64,000 nucleotides of DNA from Acidimicrobiia bacterium (GTDB lineage: Bacteria > Actinomycetota > Acidimicrobiia > Spongiisociales > ZC4RG35): the NCBI GenBank assembly GCA_036555105.1, contig DATBMA010000023.1, positions 3,786 through 67,785 of the forward strand, given 5' to 3'. Of this stretch, positions 8,340-18,279 are shown piece by piece; positions within the stretch are counted from its first letter, which is position 1; each line of letters begins with the position of its first letter. The notes under the pieces were generated by a model. The model worked only from the letters and a program-made list of their open reading frames with translations, had not been told where the DNA came from and ran no database searches. The position numbers and the translations under genes were made by a program.

Positions 8340-10274
8340 GTGGCACTAGACCTTGTGTATCCCGACGGGGCCACGGCCGCCTTTCCGGACGGAACTACCG
8401 GGCGATCCGTGGCCGCATCGATCGGGCGACGGCTCGCCCAAGCCGCGGTCGCAGTGAGGCTCGATGGCGAGCTGTTCGACCTCGACCGACCGCTCCCGGG
8501 CAGTGGGAAGTTCGAGGTGGTGACCGACACCTCCGACGACGGCCGTTCGGTCCTCCGCCACTCCGCAGCGCACATCCTGGCGCAGGCAGTACTGGGGCTG
8601 TTCCCGGGAGCCACTTTCGCAATCGGTCCCGCCATTGCGGACGGCTTCTATTACGACTTCGACATAGGGCGCCCCTTCACCCCCGACGACCTGGCGGCTA
8701 TCGAGGCGCGGATGTCTGAGATCGTGGCGGGGGATCAGCCATTCGTCCGGGAGTCGGTGGGTCGCCAGGAGGCATTGGAGATCTTCTCCGACCACCCGTT
8801 CAAGCGAGAGATCATCGAAGGGGTCGAGCCGGGCGAGGTCGACGACGGCTCCGAAGTCACGCTTTACCGAAACCTCGACTTCGTCGACCTCTGCAGAGGT
8901 CCTCACCTGCCTTCGACCGGGAGGCTGGCTGCCTTCAAGCTCCTGCGCACGGCCGGTGCGTACTGGAGGGGGGACGAGAGTCGCCAGCAACTCCAGCGCA
9001 TTTATGGGACGGCCTGGGAGAGCGAGAAGGCACTCGGCGACTATCTGCTGAGGCTGGAGGAAGCCGAGAAGCGCGATCACCGCCGTCTGGGGCCGGAGCT
9101 CGACCTCTACAGCTTCCCCCGTGCGCTCGGTCCCGGGTTGCTCGTCTGGCATCCGCGCGGAGGCATGGTGCGCAAGCTCATGGAGGACCACTCGCGCCGC
9201 CTTCATGAGCGGTTCGGCTTCGAGTTCGTGAGCACTCCGCACGTGGCCCGCGAGGAGCTCTGGGAGATCTCTGGCCATCTCGGCTACTACGCCGAGAACA
9301 TGTACCCGGCCATGGAGGCCGACGACGGCGAGCGTTATCGGATCAAGCCGATGAACTGCCCAGGGCATATCCTCATCTATCAGAGCAAGAGCCGAAGTTA
9401 TCGGGACCTCCCGATGCGCCTCTCCGAGCTCGGCGCGGTCTACCGGTACGAACGGTCGGGGGTGGTGCACGGAGCATTGCGGGCTCGGGGATTCACCCAG
9501 GACGACTCCCATACTTTCTGCACCCGCGATCAGCTGCCGTCTGAGCTGGGGCGCCACCTCAAATTCGTCATGACCTGGCTGCGGGATTTCGGCTTCGAGG
9601 AGTTCGAGGCCGAGCTCTCGACCAAGCCCGACAATTCGGTGGGTGAGGCCGAGCTGTGGGAGGTTGCCGAGCGCGAGTTGGAGGCCGCCCTCAAGGATGC
9701 CGGCCTCGACTACCGGGTGGCCGCGGGCGAGGGGGCTTTCTACGGGCCCAAGATCGATGTGCACGTGAAGGATGCGATCGGGCGTAAATGGCAGATGTCG
9801 ACGGTGCAGCTCGACTTCGGTCTGCCGGAGCGATTCCAACTCGAGTACACGGCACCCGACAATCATCCGGCCCGGCCGGTGATGATCCATTGCGCCAAGG
9901 CCGGATCGATCGAACGGTTCATGGGGGTCCTGGTCGAGCACTACGCGGGCGCCTTCCCGATGTGGCTGGCCCCGGTGCAAGTCACGGTGGTGCCGGTGGC
10001 GGATCGCCATTGCCAGTACGCCACTCAAGTGGCTACCCAGCTCCGCGAGGCCGGGCTCAGGGTGGAGGTGGACGGCGGTGACGACACGGTTGGCGAGAAG
10101 ATCCGGCGGGCACTGACCCATAAGACCCCGGCCGTGCTGGTGACCGGGGACAAGGACGAGTCGGCTGGGACTGTCGGGATGCGCAGGTACGGTGAGGAGG
10201 AAGAGCGGCGCGGCGTGAGGTTGGATCAGGCGATTCAGGAATTGACCGACTCTGCCCGATCGCCCGGGGACTGA
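8340..10274 (+). CDS. thrS: threonine--tRNA ligase
   Basis: 644 aa; TGS/editing N-domain with HSAAHILAQAV, class II core motifs and a C-terminal anticodon-binding domain; GTG start. Confidence 0.95.
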   Translation: MALDLVYPDGATAAFPDGTTGRSVAASIGRRLAQAAVAVRLDGELFDLDRPLPGSGKFEVVTDTSDDGRSVLRHSAAHILAQAVLGLFPGATFAIGPAIADGFYYDFDIGRPFTPDDLAAIEARMSEIVAGDQPFVRESVGRQEALEIFSDHPFKREIIEGVEPGEVDDGSEVTLYRNLDFVDLCRGPHLPSTGRLAAFKLLRTAGAYWRGDESRQQLQRIYGTAWESEKALGDYLLRLEEAEKRDHRRLGPELDLYSFPRALGPGLLVWHPRGGMVRKLMEDHSRRLHERFGFEFVSTPHVAREELWEISGHLGYYAENMYPAMEADDGERYRIKPMNCPGHILIYQSKSRSYRDLPMRLSELGAVYRYERSGVVHGALRARGFTQDDSHTFCTRDQLPSELGRHLKFVMTWLRDFGFEEFEAELSTKPDNSVGEAELWEVAERELEAALKDAGLDYRVAAGEGAFYGPKIDVHVKDAIGRKWQMSTVQLDFGLPERFQLEYTAPDNHPARPVMIHCAKAGSIERFMGVLVEHYAGAFPMWLAPVQVTVVPVADRHCQYATQVATQLREAGLRVEVDGGDDTVGEKIRRALTHKTPAVLVTGDKDESAGTVGMRRYGEEEERRGVRLDQAIQELTDSARSPGD

Positions 10275-10753
10275 TGGACGGCATCGAGATACCCCGCGAG
10301 GTTGCGGACTCGGTCGACCTGCCGGGCGACCTCGACTCCAGCCAGGGTGGTCCCTATCGGTTTCCCGATCCACGCCGCCGTCGCATCTCGGCGGCGGTAT
10401 TCGTAGTAGCGGCTGCGGTCATGTGGTTCGTGATCCCGGCCGGGGTCGGCCGAATGGTGGCGATCGTCATCGCCCTCGGGTTGGCAGCCTGGAATGCGGC
10501 CGGAGCCTGGGAAGTGAAGGTCGATCAGGGGCGGGCGCTCTCACTGGCTGCCCCCGCCGCCCCCTTTGCGATCGGCCAGATCTCGGCGGCGCTGACCTTT
10601 CATGGCCTGCGGGCCCGACCCCGGTGGCACGTTCTCATATATGAGGCCTCGGATCCGCCCCGTCACCGGGCGCTGGTGGTCATCGACGCCATCACCGCCG
10701 CTCGGCTGGGCGAGCCGTTGGTGGAGACGCTTGGTGGGGCCGTTCGGGCCTGA
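10274..10753 (+). CDS. hypothetical small membrane protein
   Basis: 159 aa with two or three TM helices; ATG overlaps the thrS stop (TGATG); strong codon bias. Confidence 0.5.
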   Translation: MDGIEIPREVADSVDLPGDLDSSQGGPYRFPDPRRRRISAAVFVVAAAVMWFVIPAGVGRMVAIVIALGLAAWNAAGAWEVKVDQGRALSLAAPAAPFAIGQISAALTFHGLRARPRWHVLIYEASDPPRHRALVVIDAITAARLGEPLVETLGGAVRA

Positions 10754-10771
10754 GACCTGAACACACCAAGG

Positions 10772-10820
10772 TTCTGGCGCGGGATTGTGAAGCCATAGCG
10801 GCATATCCCTGCGCCAGAAC
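10772..10820. terminator. bidirectional hairpin between convergent genes
   Basis: ttctggcgcggga (10772-10784) pairs with tccctgcgccagaa (10807-10820) around a ~22-nt loop, in the 78-nt spacer between the membrane protein (+) and citrate synthase (-). Confidence 0.35.
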
Positions 10821-10831
10821 GAGGATCTAGG

Positions 10832-12121
10832 TCAGGACTTGCGCTGCTCGATCGGGAGGTAGTCCCGGACCGGGGCTCCCGAGTAAAGCTGTTGGGGCCG
10901 GTAGATGCGGGTGGCCGGGTCCATCGCCATCTCTCGATACTGAGCCAGCCAGCCGGGGAGGCGCCCGAGGGCGAAGAGCACTGGGAACATGTCGGTGGGG
11001 AAGCCCATGGCTCGGTAGATGATCCCCGAGTAGAAGTCGACGTTCGGATACAGCTTGCGCTGGATGAAGTAGTCGTCTGAGAGCGCCAGGTCTTCCAGCT
11101 CTTTCGCAGCGCGAAGGAGAGGGTCGTCGACCCCGAGCTTGGCAAGCACCTCCTCTGCGGCCTTCCTGATGATCCTGGCCCGCGGATCGAAGTTCTTGTA
11201 GATGCGGTGCCCGAAACCCATCAGCCGGAATGGGTCCTCCCGGTCCTTGGCCCGCTCGACGTAGTACGCGATGTCTTTGCCACCCACCACGATCTGCTCC
11301 AGCATCTCGAGCACGGCCTGGTTGGCCCCGCCATGCAGAGGGCCGGACAAGGCGTGGATGCCGGCCGAGATCCCGGAGAAGACATTGGCTTCTCCCGAGC
11401 CGACCAGACGTACCGCGGTCGCCGAGCAGTTCTGTCCATGGTCGGCATGGAGGATCAACAGCACGTTCAGCGCGGCCGCCACCACCGGATCAGGGGTGTA
11501 CGGCTCCGATGGGATCGAGAACATCATGTGAAGGAAGTTGCCCGCGTAGTCGAGCTCGTTGCGCGGATAGGTATACGGCTGGTGGGCCCGGTACTTGTAA
11601 CTCCAGGCGATCATCGTCGGCACCTTGGCGATGAGGCGACGGGATGAGATGTCGAGCGACGCTTCGCTGCGCGGGTCGAGGGCATCGGGGTAGTAGGTGG
11701 CCAGTGCCGACGTCGCCGATGCCAGGATCTGCATCGGGTGGGCCGAGTGGGGGAAGGCCTCGAAGAGGTGCTTCATGTCCTCTCTGAGCAAGGAATGCCG
11801 GGTTATCGAGGTCTCGAACTCGTCGAGCTCGCGCCGGCTGGGGAGCTCGCCATACAGGAGCAGATAGGCGACCTCCAGAAACGATGCCTGCTCTGCCAGC
11901 TGCTCGATCGGGTAGCCGCGGTAGCGGAGGATGCCGGCATCGCCATCGATGTGGCTCACCGAACTCGAGCTCTCGGCGGTGTTGCCGAAGCCCCGATCGA
12001 CGGTGATCAGCCCGCTTTGAGAGCGGAGCCCGGAGATGTCGAGGGCCAGCTCGCCCTCGGTCCCTTCCTCCACCGGGAGGGCGTATTCCTGGTCCCTGTA
12101 TCTCAGAACGGCGTCTGACAT
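10832..12121 (-). CDS. gltA: citrate synthase
   Basis: ~430 aa citrate synthase with conserved His/Asp active-site regions (GFGHRIYKNFDPRA); ATG at complement 12119-12121 has a GGAAGG SD and is preferred to the track GTG at 12127. Confidence 0.9.
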   Translation of the reverse strand: MSDAVLRYRDQEYALPVEEGTEGELALDISGLRSQSGLITVDRGFGNTAESSSSVSHIDGDAGILRYRGYPIEQLAEQASFLEVAYLLLYGELPSRRELDEFETSITRHSLLREDMKHLFEAFPHSAHPMQILASATSALATYYPDALDPRSEASLDISSRRLIAKVPTMIAWSYKYRAHQPYTYPRNELDYAGNFLHMMFSIPSEPYTPDPVVAAALNVLLILHADHGQNCSATAVRLVGSGEANVFSGISAGIHALSGPLHGGANQAVLEMLEQIVVGGKDIAYYVERAKDREDPFRLMGFGHRIYKNFDPRARIIRKAAEEVLAKLGVDDPLLRAAKELEDLALSDDYFIQRKLYPNVDFYSGIIYRAMGFPTDMFPVLFALGRLPGWLAQYREMAMDPATRIYRPQQLYSGAPVRDYLPIEQRKS

Positions 12122-12160
12122 GGCCACCTTCCGTCGCAGGACTATGGGCGTCCCGGCCCC

Positions 12161-14215
12161 TTACTCCTTGTCCTTGGCCGCTGCCGCCGCGGCGATGACT
12201 TTCTGTGCCTCAGGATGAGGCATCTCCGCATAGTGGTCGAATTCGACCTCAAAGGTACCCCGTCCGCTCGTCATAGATCGCAGGTCGGCTGCATAACGCT
12301 GGACCTCTGACATCGGGACCTCGGCTTCGATTACACGGGCCGAGCCATCGGTGTCCATCCCCAGCACACGTCCCCGGCGACCATTGATGTCACCCATCAC
12401 ATCGCCGGTGTGATCCTCCGGCACCCGGATGCTCAGCCGCATGATCGGCTCGAGCAGCACAGGTCGCAGCAACGGGGCCGCCGACTTGACAGCTTGGATG
12501 CCGGCCATCCGAAAGGAGAGCTCATCCGAGTCGACGGCATGGAACTTCCCGTCGAACACTTGGGCAGAGACATCGATTACCGGGTAACCGGCCAGGATCC
12601 CGCGTTCCAATGCCTCGTGAATGCCCTTGTCCACCGCCGGGATGAACTGACGGGGGATCGCGCCGCCCTTGATGGCGTCGACGAACTCGTAGCCTGCGCC
12701 CCGCGGGCGGGGGCTGAACCGGACGCTGCAGACGCCGTACTGCCCGCGACCCCCGGTCTGCTTCTTGTGCTTGCCTTCGGCTTCGCCCGCCGCGGTGATG
12801 GTCTCCCGAAACGGGATCGTGGGAAGGGCGGTGTCGACTTCAACCCCGAACTTGCGCCGGATTCGGGCCAAAGTCACATCGAGGTGGGTGTCGCCCAGCC
12901 CGGCCAGGACGGTCTCACCGGTGGCAGCCCGGCGGTCGACTCGCAGGGTCGGGTCCTCCTCGGTCATCTTCTGCAAGGCCGTGGACAGCTTCTCCTCATC
13001 ATGCTGGCTGTGAGGTTCCACCGCCAGCTCGGTCACCGGCCGGGGGTAGACCACCGGGGCGAACTCGAGCGGGGTTCCCGATCGCAGGGTGTCGCCCGCC
13101 CGTACGTTCTCCGCTTTCGCCAGGGCGGCGATCTCTCCTGCCACCAACTCCTTGGCGTCGTGGTGATCCTTGCCAAGCTGATAGAAGAGGTTGTGCATCC
13201 GCACCTTGCCCCCGCGGGCGAGGTCGAGCTCCATGTCAGGATTGATGCGCCCCGAGTAGAGCCGGAAGAGCGAGATGCGCCCGACGAACGGGTCGCTGAT
13301 CGTCTTGAACACGTAGGCCACCACCGGGCCGTCTTCCTTCACTTCGACGGAGTCGCCCTTGGCGATCGGGGGGAGAGCGCGCTCGAGAGGAGAGGGGGCG
13401 AAATCGACCAGGAATTCGAGCAGGGTGTCGGCGCCGATGCGGCGTGCTCCCGAGCCCACAAGGACGGGCTGGATCTCACCCGCAAGCATCCCTTTGTGGA
13501 CTGTGGAGACGATCACCTCGGACGACGGCTCTTCGCCCTCGAAGTACTTCTCCATCAGGGTGTCGTCGGTCTCGACCACGCTTTCGACCAGGGCGGTATG
13601 GGTGTCTGCCACCAGCCCGGCCGTGTCGGCGGGGACCTCCGACGGGGTGCCGGTCTTGTCGTCCGGCCCGTAGACGAACGCGTTGCCTGAGACCACCCTC
13701 ACCAAGCCCCGCAGGTCATGCTCGGCCCCAATCGGGACCTGGACCGGAGCAACCCGCTTTCCAAAGGCCTCCCGGAGCTGGTCGAGGACTCGCGGGAATG
13801 ACGAGCGCTCGCGATCGAGCTTGGAAATGAAGATTGCCCGCGGGATCCCCTCGTCGGCTGCCGCCTTCCAGAGGAGCTCGGTCTGGACTTCTACTCCGTC
13901 CACTCCGGAGACGACGAACAGGGCCAGGTCGGCTGCCCGCAGAGCGGCGCGGGCATCACCCCCGAAGTCGGCATAGCCAGGGGTGTCGATGAGATTGATC
14001 CGATGGCCCTTCCAATCGAGGGTGGCGATGGCAAGGCCGAGGGAGATCTTGCGTTCTTGTTCCTCGGGCTCGAAGTCGAGGAGTGCGGTTCCCTGGTCGA
14101 CCGATCCCTGCCGGGTCGAAACGCCGGCCACGTAGAGCAATGCCTCTGCCAGTGTCGTCTTTCCACTTCCGCCGTGGCCGAGCAATGCGACATTGCGGAT
14201 CTTGTCGGGGACCAC
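12161..14215 (-). CDS. elongation factor G family GTPase (EF-G paralog, fusA2-like)
   Basis: 684 aa; G1 motif AHGGSGKTT, DTPGYADF, and the five-domain EF-G architecture; no rpsL/rpsG neighbours, so a paralog rather than the canonical fusA. Confidence 0.85.
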   Translation of the reverse strand: MVPDKIRNVALLGHGGSGKTTLAEALLYVAGVSTRQGSVDQGTALLDFEPEEQERKISLGLAIATLDWKGHRINLIDTPGYADFGGDARAALRAADLALFVVSGVDGVEVQTELLWKAAADEGIPRAIFISKLDRERSSFPRVLDQLREAFGKRVAPVQVPIGAEHDLRGLVRVVSGNAFVYGPDDKTGTPSEVPADTAGLVADTHTALVESVVETDDTLMEKYFEGEEPSSEVIVSTVHKGMLAGEIQPVLVGSGARRIGADTLLEFLVDFAPSPLERALPPIAKGDSVEVKEDGPVVAYVFKTISDPFVGRISLFRLYSGRINPDMELDLARGGKVRMHNLFYQLGKDHHDAKELVAGEIAALAKAENVRAGDTLRSGTPLEFAPVVYPRPVTELAVEPHSQHDEEKLSTALQKMTEEDPTLRVDRRAATGETVLAGLGDTHLDVTLARIRRKFGVEVDTALPTIPFRETITAAGEAEGKHKKQTGGRGQYGVCSVRFSPRPRGAGYEFVDAIKGGAIPRQFIPAVDKGIHEALERGILAGYPVIDVSAQVFDGKFHAVDSDELSFRMAGIQAVKSAAPLLRPVLLEPIMRLSIRVPEDHTGDVMGDINGRRGRVLGMDTDGSARVIEAEVPMSEVQRYAADLRSMTSGRGTFEVEFDHYAEMPHPEAQKVIAAAAAAKDKE

Positions 14216-14275
14216 TCGACCTCCTCGGGGGACGGGGCTGCGGATGATAGTGAAGGTGCCTCAGCCCAACTCGGC

Positions 14276-14866
14276 GTGCTACTTTGCCCGCCGGTGATCG
14301 ACCAGCGGGTGCGTCCGCGTGTCCAATGGCTCCTCGATCCGATCGGTGGGTCGCTGGCACACATGGGGGTCACCCCCCAATTCATGACCCTGTTCGGGCT
14401 GACCATCACGGTCGGCGGTGCCGTGCTGATCGGACTCGGCTATCTCCGCATAGGCGCCGCTGTGGCCTTGCTGGGGGCCCTGCTCGACGGGCTGGATGGC
14501 TCGGTGGCGCGGGCCGGGGGGTCGGTGACCCCACGGGGGGCGTTTCTCGACGCCGCCAGCGACCGCATCGGGGAGATCGCGGTGTTCGCAGGACTGGCGG
14601 TGGCTCGGGCCGGGAACCGGCGGGAGCTGCTGCTGATCGTGCTCGCCATAGGGGGCGCCACGCTGGTGCCATACCTGCGGGCCAAGGCCGAGGCCGTGGG
14701 GCTCAACGGCAAGGCAGGGTTCATGGGGCGGGCCGAGCGGGTAATCCTCTTCTCGGTCGGCCTCATCTTGGGATTCATCGAGCCAATGCTCTGGGTGATG
14801 GTGGCCGCCACCTGGTTCACAGCCGGTCAGCGCTTCTTCGACACGTATCACGCCATCGAGCCGTGA
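14276..14866 (+). CDS. pgsA: CDP-diacylglycerol--inositol-3-phosphate phosphatidyltransferase (PI-phosphate synthase)
   Basis: CDP-alcohol phosphatidyltransferase motif DGLDGSVAR...DAASDRIGE; aligns to mycobacterial PgsA1; sits first in a pgsA-patA-pimA operon; start uncertain (GTG 14276 or GTG 14294). Confidence 0.8.
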   Translation: MLLCPPVIDQRVRPRVQWLLDPIGGSLAHMGVTPQFMTLFGLTITVGGAVLIGLGYLRIGAAVALLGALLDGLDGSVARAGGSVTPRGAFLDAASDRIGEIAVFAGLAVARAGNRRELLLIVLAIGGATLVPYLRAKAEAVGLNGKAGFMGRAERVILFSVGLILGFIEPMLWVMVAATWFTAGQRFFDTYHAIEP

Positions 14867-15741
14867 GGCACCGCCTCTTCTACCTGCTGCTGCAGGTGGC
14901 GAGCGCAGTGGTGGGAGTCCTACCGCTGTCCTGGGCACGGCGGGTGTGCTCGGCCATCGGCGCCCTCTCGTATCCGTTCGCCGGGGAGCGACGCCTGATG
15001 TCCAAGCGGCACATGGAGCGCATCGCCCCTGATCGCAAGGACCACGACGCCCTCGCCCGTCGAGTGTTCGCGAACTACGGAAGGCGATGGGCCGAGTCGC
15101 TGTGGCTGCGCCCCAGCCGGGTCCCCGGATTGGTGGCGGCCGCCCAGACCGAAGGATTCCAGAACCTGATCGACGCCAAGGCGAAGGGACGGGGGGTGAT
15201 ACTCGCCCTTCCACATCAGGGCTACTTCGAGCTGTCGGCTCCGGTAACGGCCACCCTCGGGCTCAAGGTGGTGGCGGTGGCCGAGAACCTCGAGAATCGC
15301 TACGTGCGCGACTGGTTCACGCGTATGCGCGAGGCCTTCGACATCCAGGTGAGATACGCCGATGACCCGGCCGTGATGCGGTCCCTCGTCTCCGACCTGG
15401 CCGCCGGCAAAGCGATCGCGCTCGTCTCAGACCGCGATCTCTCCGGGCGCGGCGTCGAGGTGGAGTTCTTCGGGGAGCGGACCACCCTTCCATCTGGACC
15501 TGCTGGGTTGTCGATCCGCACAGGGGCTCCGATCGTCCCGGTCGGCACATATTTCACTCCAGGTGCCAACCTGTTGATCGTCACACCCAGCATCGACATC
15601 CCGACCGAGGGAACGGTGGCAGAACGGACGGTTGCGATGACCCAGCAGCTCGCCAATCGTTTGGAAGACCTCATCAAACGCGATCCCAGCCAATGGCTGG
15701 TACTGCAACCCAACTGGCCATCCGACAGCCAACCGGCGTGA
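14863..15741 (+). CDS. patA: phosphatidylinositol mannoside acyltransferase (LPLAT/HtrB family, PatA-like)
   Basis: LPLAT domain with an H-x4-acidic motif (HQGYFE), ~290 aa; GTG start overlaps the pgsA stop (GTGA); position matches mycobacterial Rv2611c. Confidence 0.8.
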   Translation: MRHRLFYLLLQVASAVVGVLPLSWARRVCSAIGALSYPFAGERRLMSKRHMERIAPDRKDHDALARRVFANYGRRWAESLWLRPSRVPGLVAAAQTEGFQNLIDAKAKGRGVILALPHQGYFELSAPVTATLGLKVVAVAENLENRYVRDWFTRMREAFDIQVRYADDPAVMRSLVSDLAAGKAIALVSDRDLSGRGVEVEFFGERTTLPSGPAGLSIRTGAPIVPVGTYFTPGANLLIVTPSIDIPTEGTVAERTVAMTQQLANRLEDLIKRDPSQWLVLQPNWPSDSQPA

Positions 15742-16775
15742 AGGTCGCCGTTGTTTGCCCCTACGACCTCGGATTCCCCGGAGGAGTCCAGCACCAAGTC
15801 GCCCAACTGGTGGTCCACCTCAGGGCCTCAGGTGAGGATGCGTGGGCCGTGGGGCCCCGTTGCCCGGCCGACCTCGGAGTCGACATCGGAAACTCGGTGG
15901 AGGTTCCGGCCAATGGCTCCAAGGCCCCGGTGGCTCTGAACCCGGGGGTGGCAGGGAGGGTGCGCAAGGCGGTACGCGACGCACAGGTGATCCACATCCA
16001 CGAGCCGTTGATGCCGTTGACTTCGTTCGCGGCATTGACTGTGCCCAATCCCAAGGTGACGACGTTCCATGCCCGCCCTCCCACCTGGGTGCGCAGCCTC
16101 TACCGGGTGGCGAGCAGCCCGATGCGGCGCTCGATCGGGAGCGGCATCGTCACAGCCGTGAGCGCCGAGGCGGCAGCTGCGCTCCCATTCGATGACGTCC
16201 GCATGATCCCCAATGGCATCGATCTCGAGACGATCGACGTGGCCAAGACCAGGCAACAGGTTGTCTTCGTGGGGCGTGATGAGCCGCGCAAAGGCCTGGA
16301 CACCCTCCTCAAAGCGTGGCCCAATGTGATGGAAGTGCACCCGGGGGCCCGCTTGACCGTGGTGGGGTCGATGCGCCAGTCACCCCCCGTCGGCGTCGTC
16401 TTTCTGGGCCGGGTTCCCGAGGACGAGAAGAACGACTTGCTCGCCACAGCCGAGGTGCTGGTGGCTCCCAACCTCGGCGGTGAGAGCTTCGGCATCGTCC
16501 TGCTGGAGGGAATGGCCGCCGGCTGCGCGGTGGTGGCGAGCGATCTCCCTGCCTTTCATGAGTTGCTGGCCGGAGTCGGGGTCGAGTTTCCGGCCGGCGA
16601 CTCCGGGTCCCTGGCCGAGCATCTGGTCCGCCTGCTCGCATCTCGCGAGGAACTCGACCGGCTGGGATCAGCCGGTCGTACACGAGCCGCAGAGTTCGCA
16701 TGGCCACGCGTGCTCGGGCTGTATCTAACGGCGTATGAAGACGCCACCGCCAAGGCTGCGACCCGCTCCAGGTAG
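15738..16775 (+). CDS. pimA: phosphatidyl-myo-inositol alpha-mannosyltransferase PimA (GT4)
   Basis: VKVAVVCPYDLGFPGGVQHQV, HIHEP, GRDEPRKG and NLGGESFGIVLLEGMAAGCAVVASD align closely to mycobacterial PimA; GTG start overlaps the patA stop (GTGA). Confidence 0.9.
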   Translation: MKVAVVCPYDLGFPGGVQHQVAQLVVHLRASGEDAWAVGPRCPADLGVDIGNSVEVPANGSKAPVALNPGVAGRVRKAVRDAQVIHIHEPLMPLTSFAALTVPNPKVTTFHARPPTWVRSLYRVASSPMRRSIGSGIVTAVSAEAAAALPFDDVRMIPNGIDLETIDVAKTRQQVVFVGRDEPRKGLDTLLKAWPNVMEVHPGARLTVVGSMRQSPPVGVVFLGRVPEDEKNDLLATAEVLVAPNLGGESFGIVLLEGMAAGCAVVASDLPAFHELLAGVGVEFPAGDSGSLAEHLVRLLASREELDRLGSAGRTRAAEFAWPRVLGLYLTAYEDATAKAATRSR

Positions 16776-16809
16776 CATCTGACCCCTCAGACAACCTGGC
16801 AAGGAAGAC

Positions 16810-17691
16810 GTGGAACGCGGAACTGATCTGGTCAAGCGGGGACTGGCGGAGATGCTCAAGGGCGGCGTGATCATGGATGTGGTCACCGCCGACCAGGCGC
16901 GGATCGCCGAGGAGGCCGGAGCAGTGGCGGTGATGGCTCTCGAGCGGGTGCCGGCCGACATCAGGAAGCAGGGTGGGGTGGCCCGCATGGCCGACCCGAC
17001 CAAGATCCAGGAGATCCAGCAGTCGGTGACCATCCCGGTCATGGCGAAGTGCCGGATCGGCCACGCGGTCGAAGCGCAGGTGCTGCAGGCCCTCGGGGTC
17101 GACTACATCGACGAGTCCGAGGTGCTGACTCCCGCCGACGCCGAGCACCACGTGGACAAGTGGGCTTTCACCACGCCCTTCGTTTGTGGCGCCCGCAACC
17201 TTGGCGAGGCTCTTCGCCGGATCGGGGAGGGTGCCGCCATGATCCGTACCAAGGGCGAGGCCGGCACCGGAAACGTGGTCGAGGCGGTCACCCACATGCG
17301 GGCGGTCAAAGAAGGGATCGGCAGGCTGGTGCAGGCCGGCACCGACCAGCTGATGGCCGAAGCCCGGGATCTTGCTGCCCCGTTCGAGCTCGTGCGGGAA
17401 GTACACGAAACCGGCCGGCTGCCGGTTGTGAACTTCGCTGCAGGTGGCATCGCCACTCCGGCGGACGCGGCGCTGATGATGGCGCTCGGATGTGATGGGG
17501 TGTTCGTCGGCAGCGGGATCTTCAAGTCCTCCGACCCCAAGGGCTACGCGGCCGCCATCGTCGAGGCGACGACCTTCTGGAACGAGCCCGAGGTGATCGC
17601 CAAGGTTTCCCGCGGGCTCGGCGAGGCCATGCCGGGGATCGAGCTGGAACGGCTCGACCCAAGCGAGCGGTTGGCCCAGCGCGGTTGGTGA
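16810..17691 (+). CDS. pdxS: pyridoxal 5'-phosphate synthase lyase subunit PdxS
   Basis: [18 protein letters not shown] and the conserved (beta/alpha)8 PdxS/SnzP sequence throughout. Confidence 0.95.
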   Translation: MERGTDLVKRGLAEMLKGGVIMDVVTADQARIAEEAGAVAVMALERVPADIRKQGGVARMADPTKIQEIQQSVTIPVMAKCRIGHAVEAQVLQALGVDYIDESEVLTPADAEHHVDKWAFTTPFVCGARNLGEALRRIGEGAAMIRTKGEAGTGNVVEAVTHMRAVKEGIGRLVQAGTDQLMAEARDLAAPFELVREVHETGRLPVVNFAAGGIATPADAALMMALGCDGVFVGSGIFKSSDPKGYAAAIVEATTFWNEPEVIAKVSRGLGEAMPGIELERLDPSERLAQRGW

Positions 17692-17695
17692 CCAG

Positions 17696-18277
17696 ATGGG
17701 GCCCAAGCGGGGTCCATCGGTCGGTGTGCTCGGTCTCCAGGGAGACGTCCGCGAGCACCTGATCGCAATCGAGCGGGCCGGGGCCGCCCCCCTGGTGGTG
17801 AAACATCCTTCCGACCTCGTCTCGATCGACGCGATGATCATTCCCGGCGGTGAGTCGACGACGATCGGCCGGCTGGCGACCCGGTTCGGCCTGATGGAGC
17901 CACTGCGCGAGGAGATCGACTCCGGGATGCCGGTCTATGGCACCTGCGCGGGGATGATCTTGCTGGCGGCCGGCCTCACCGAAGGCGACCAGCCGCTGGT
18001 CGGGGCGCTCGACATCGTTGTCCGCAGGAACGCCTTTGGTCGCCAGAACGAGTCCTTCGAAGCGGAACTGGAAATCGACGGCTTCGCCGAGCCCTTTCCG
18101 GCCGTGTTCATCAGGGCACCGTGGGTGGCCAAGGTGGGAGCAGGAGTCGAGGTGCTCGCTACCATCGACGAGCATCCGGTGATGGTCCGCCAGGAGCGGA
18201 TCCTCGCCACGTCATTCCATCCCGAGCTGGCCGGCGACGACCGGATCCATCGCATGCTCATCGAAATGATGGAGTAG
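17696..18277 (+). CDS. pdxT: pyridoxal 5'-phosphate synthase glutaminase subunit PdxT
   Basis: VGVLGLQGDVREH, GTCAGMILLA (catalytic Cys) and class I glutamine amidotransferase His/Glu; 4 nt after the pdxS stop. Confidence 0.9.
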   Translation: MGPKRGPSVGVLGLQGDVREHLIAIERAGAAPLVVKHPSDLVSIDAMIIPGGESTTIGRLATRFGLMEPLREEIDSGMPVYGTCAGMILLAAGLTEGDQPLVGALDIVVRRNAFGRQNESFEAELEIDGFAEPFPAVFIRAPWVAKVGAGVEVLATIDEHPVMVRQERILATSFHPELAGDDRIHRMLIEMME

Positions 18278-18279
18278 CC

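Noticed and set aside
8346-10373. 675-aa minus-strand ORF antisense to thrS
   Set aside because: Arg/Pro/Gly-rich low-complexity translation typical of the antisense frame of a high-GC gene; thrS on the opposite strand is unambiguous
12410-13690. 426-aa plus-strand ORF antisense to the EF-G paralog
   Set aside because: Antisense artefact; the EF-G G-domain motifs on the minus strand are intact
16309-17841. 510-aa minus-strand ORF spanning pimA/pdxS
   Set aside because: Crosses two well-supported plus-strand genes; Arg/Pro-rich junk translation
18121-18279. N-terminal extensions of the yebC ORF, and likewise the ruvC ORF 18297-19073, in the track
   Set aside because: The extensions are Arg/Gly-rich overlap artefacts inside pdxT or yebC. 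The conserved N-termini (MSGHSKW for yebC, MLVMGIDPG for ruvC) define the true starts.
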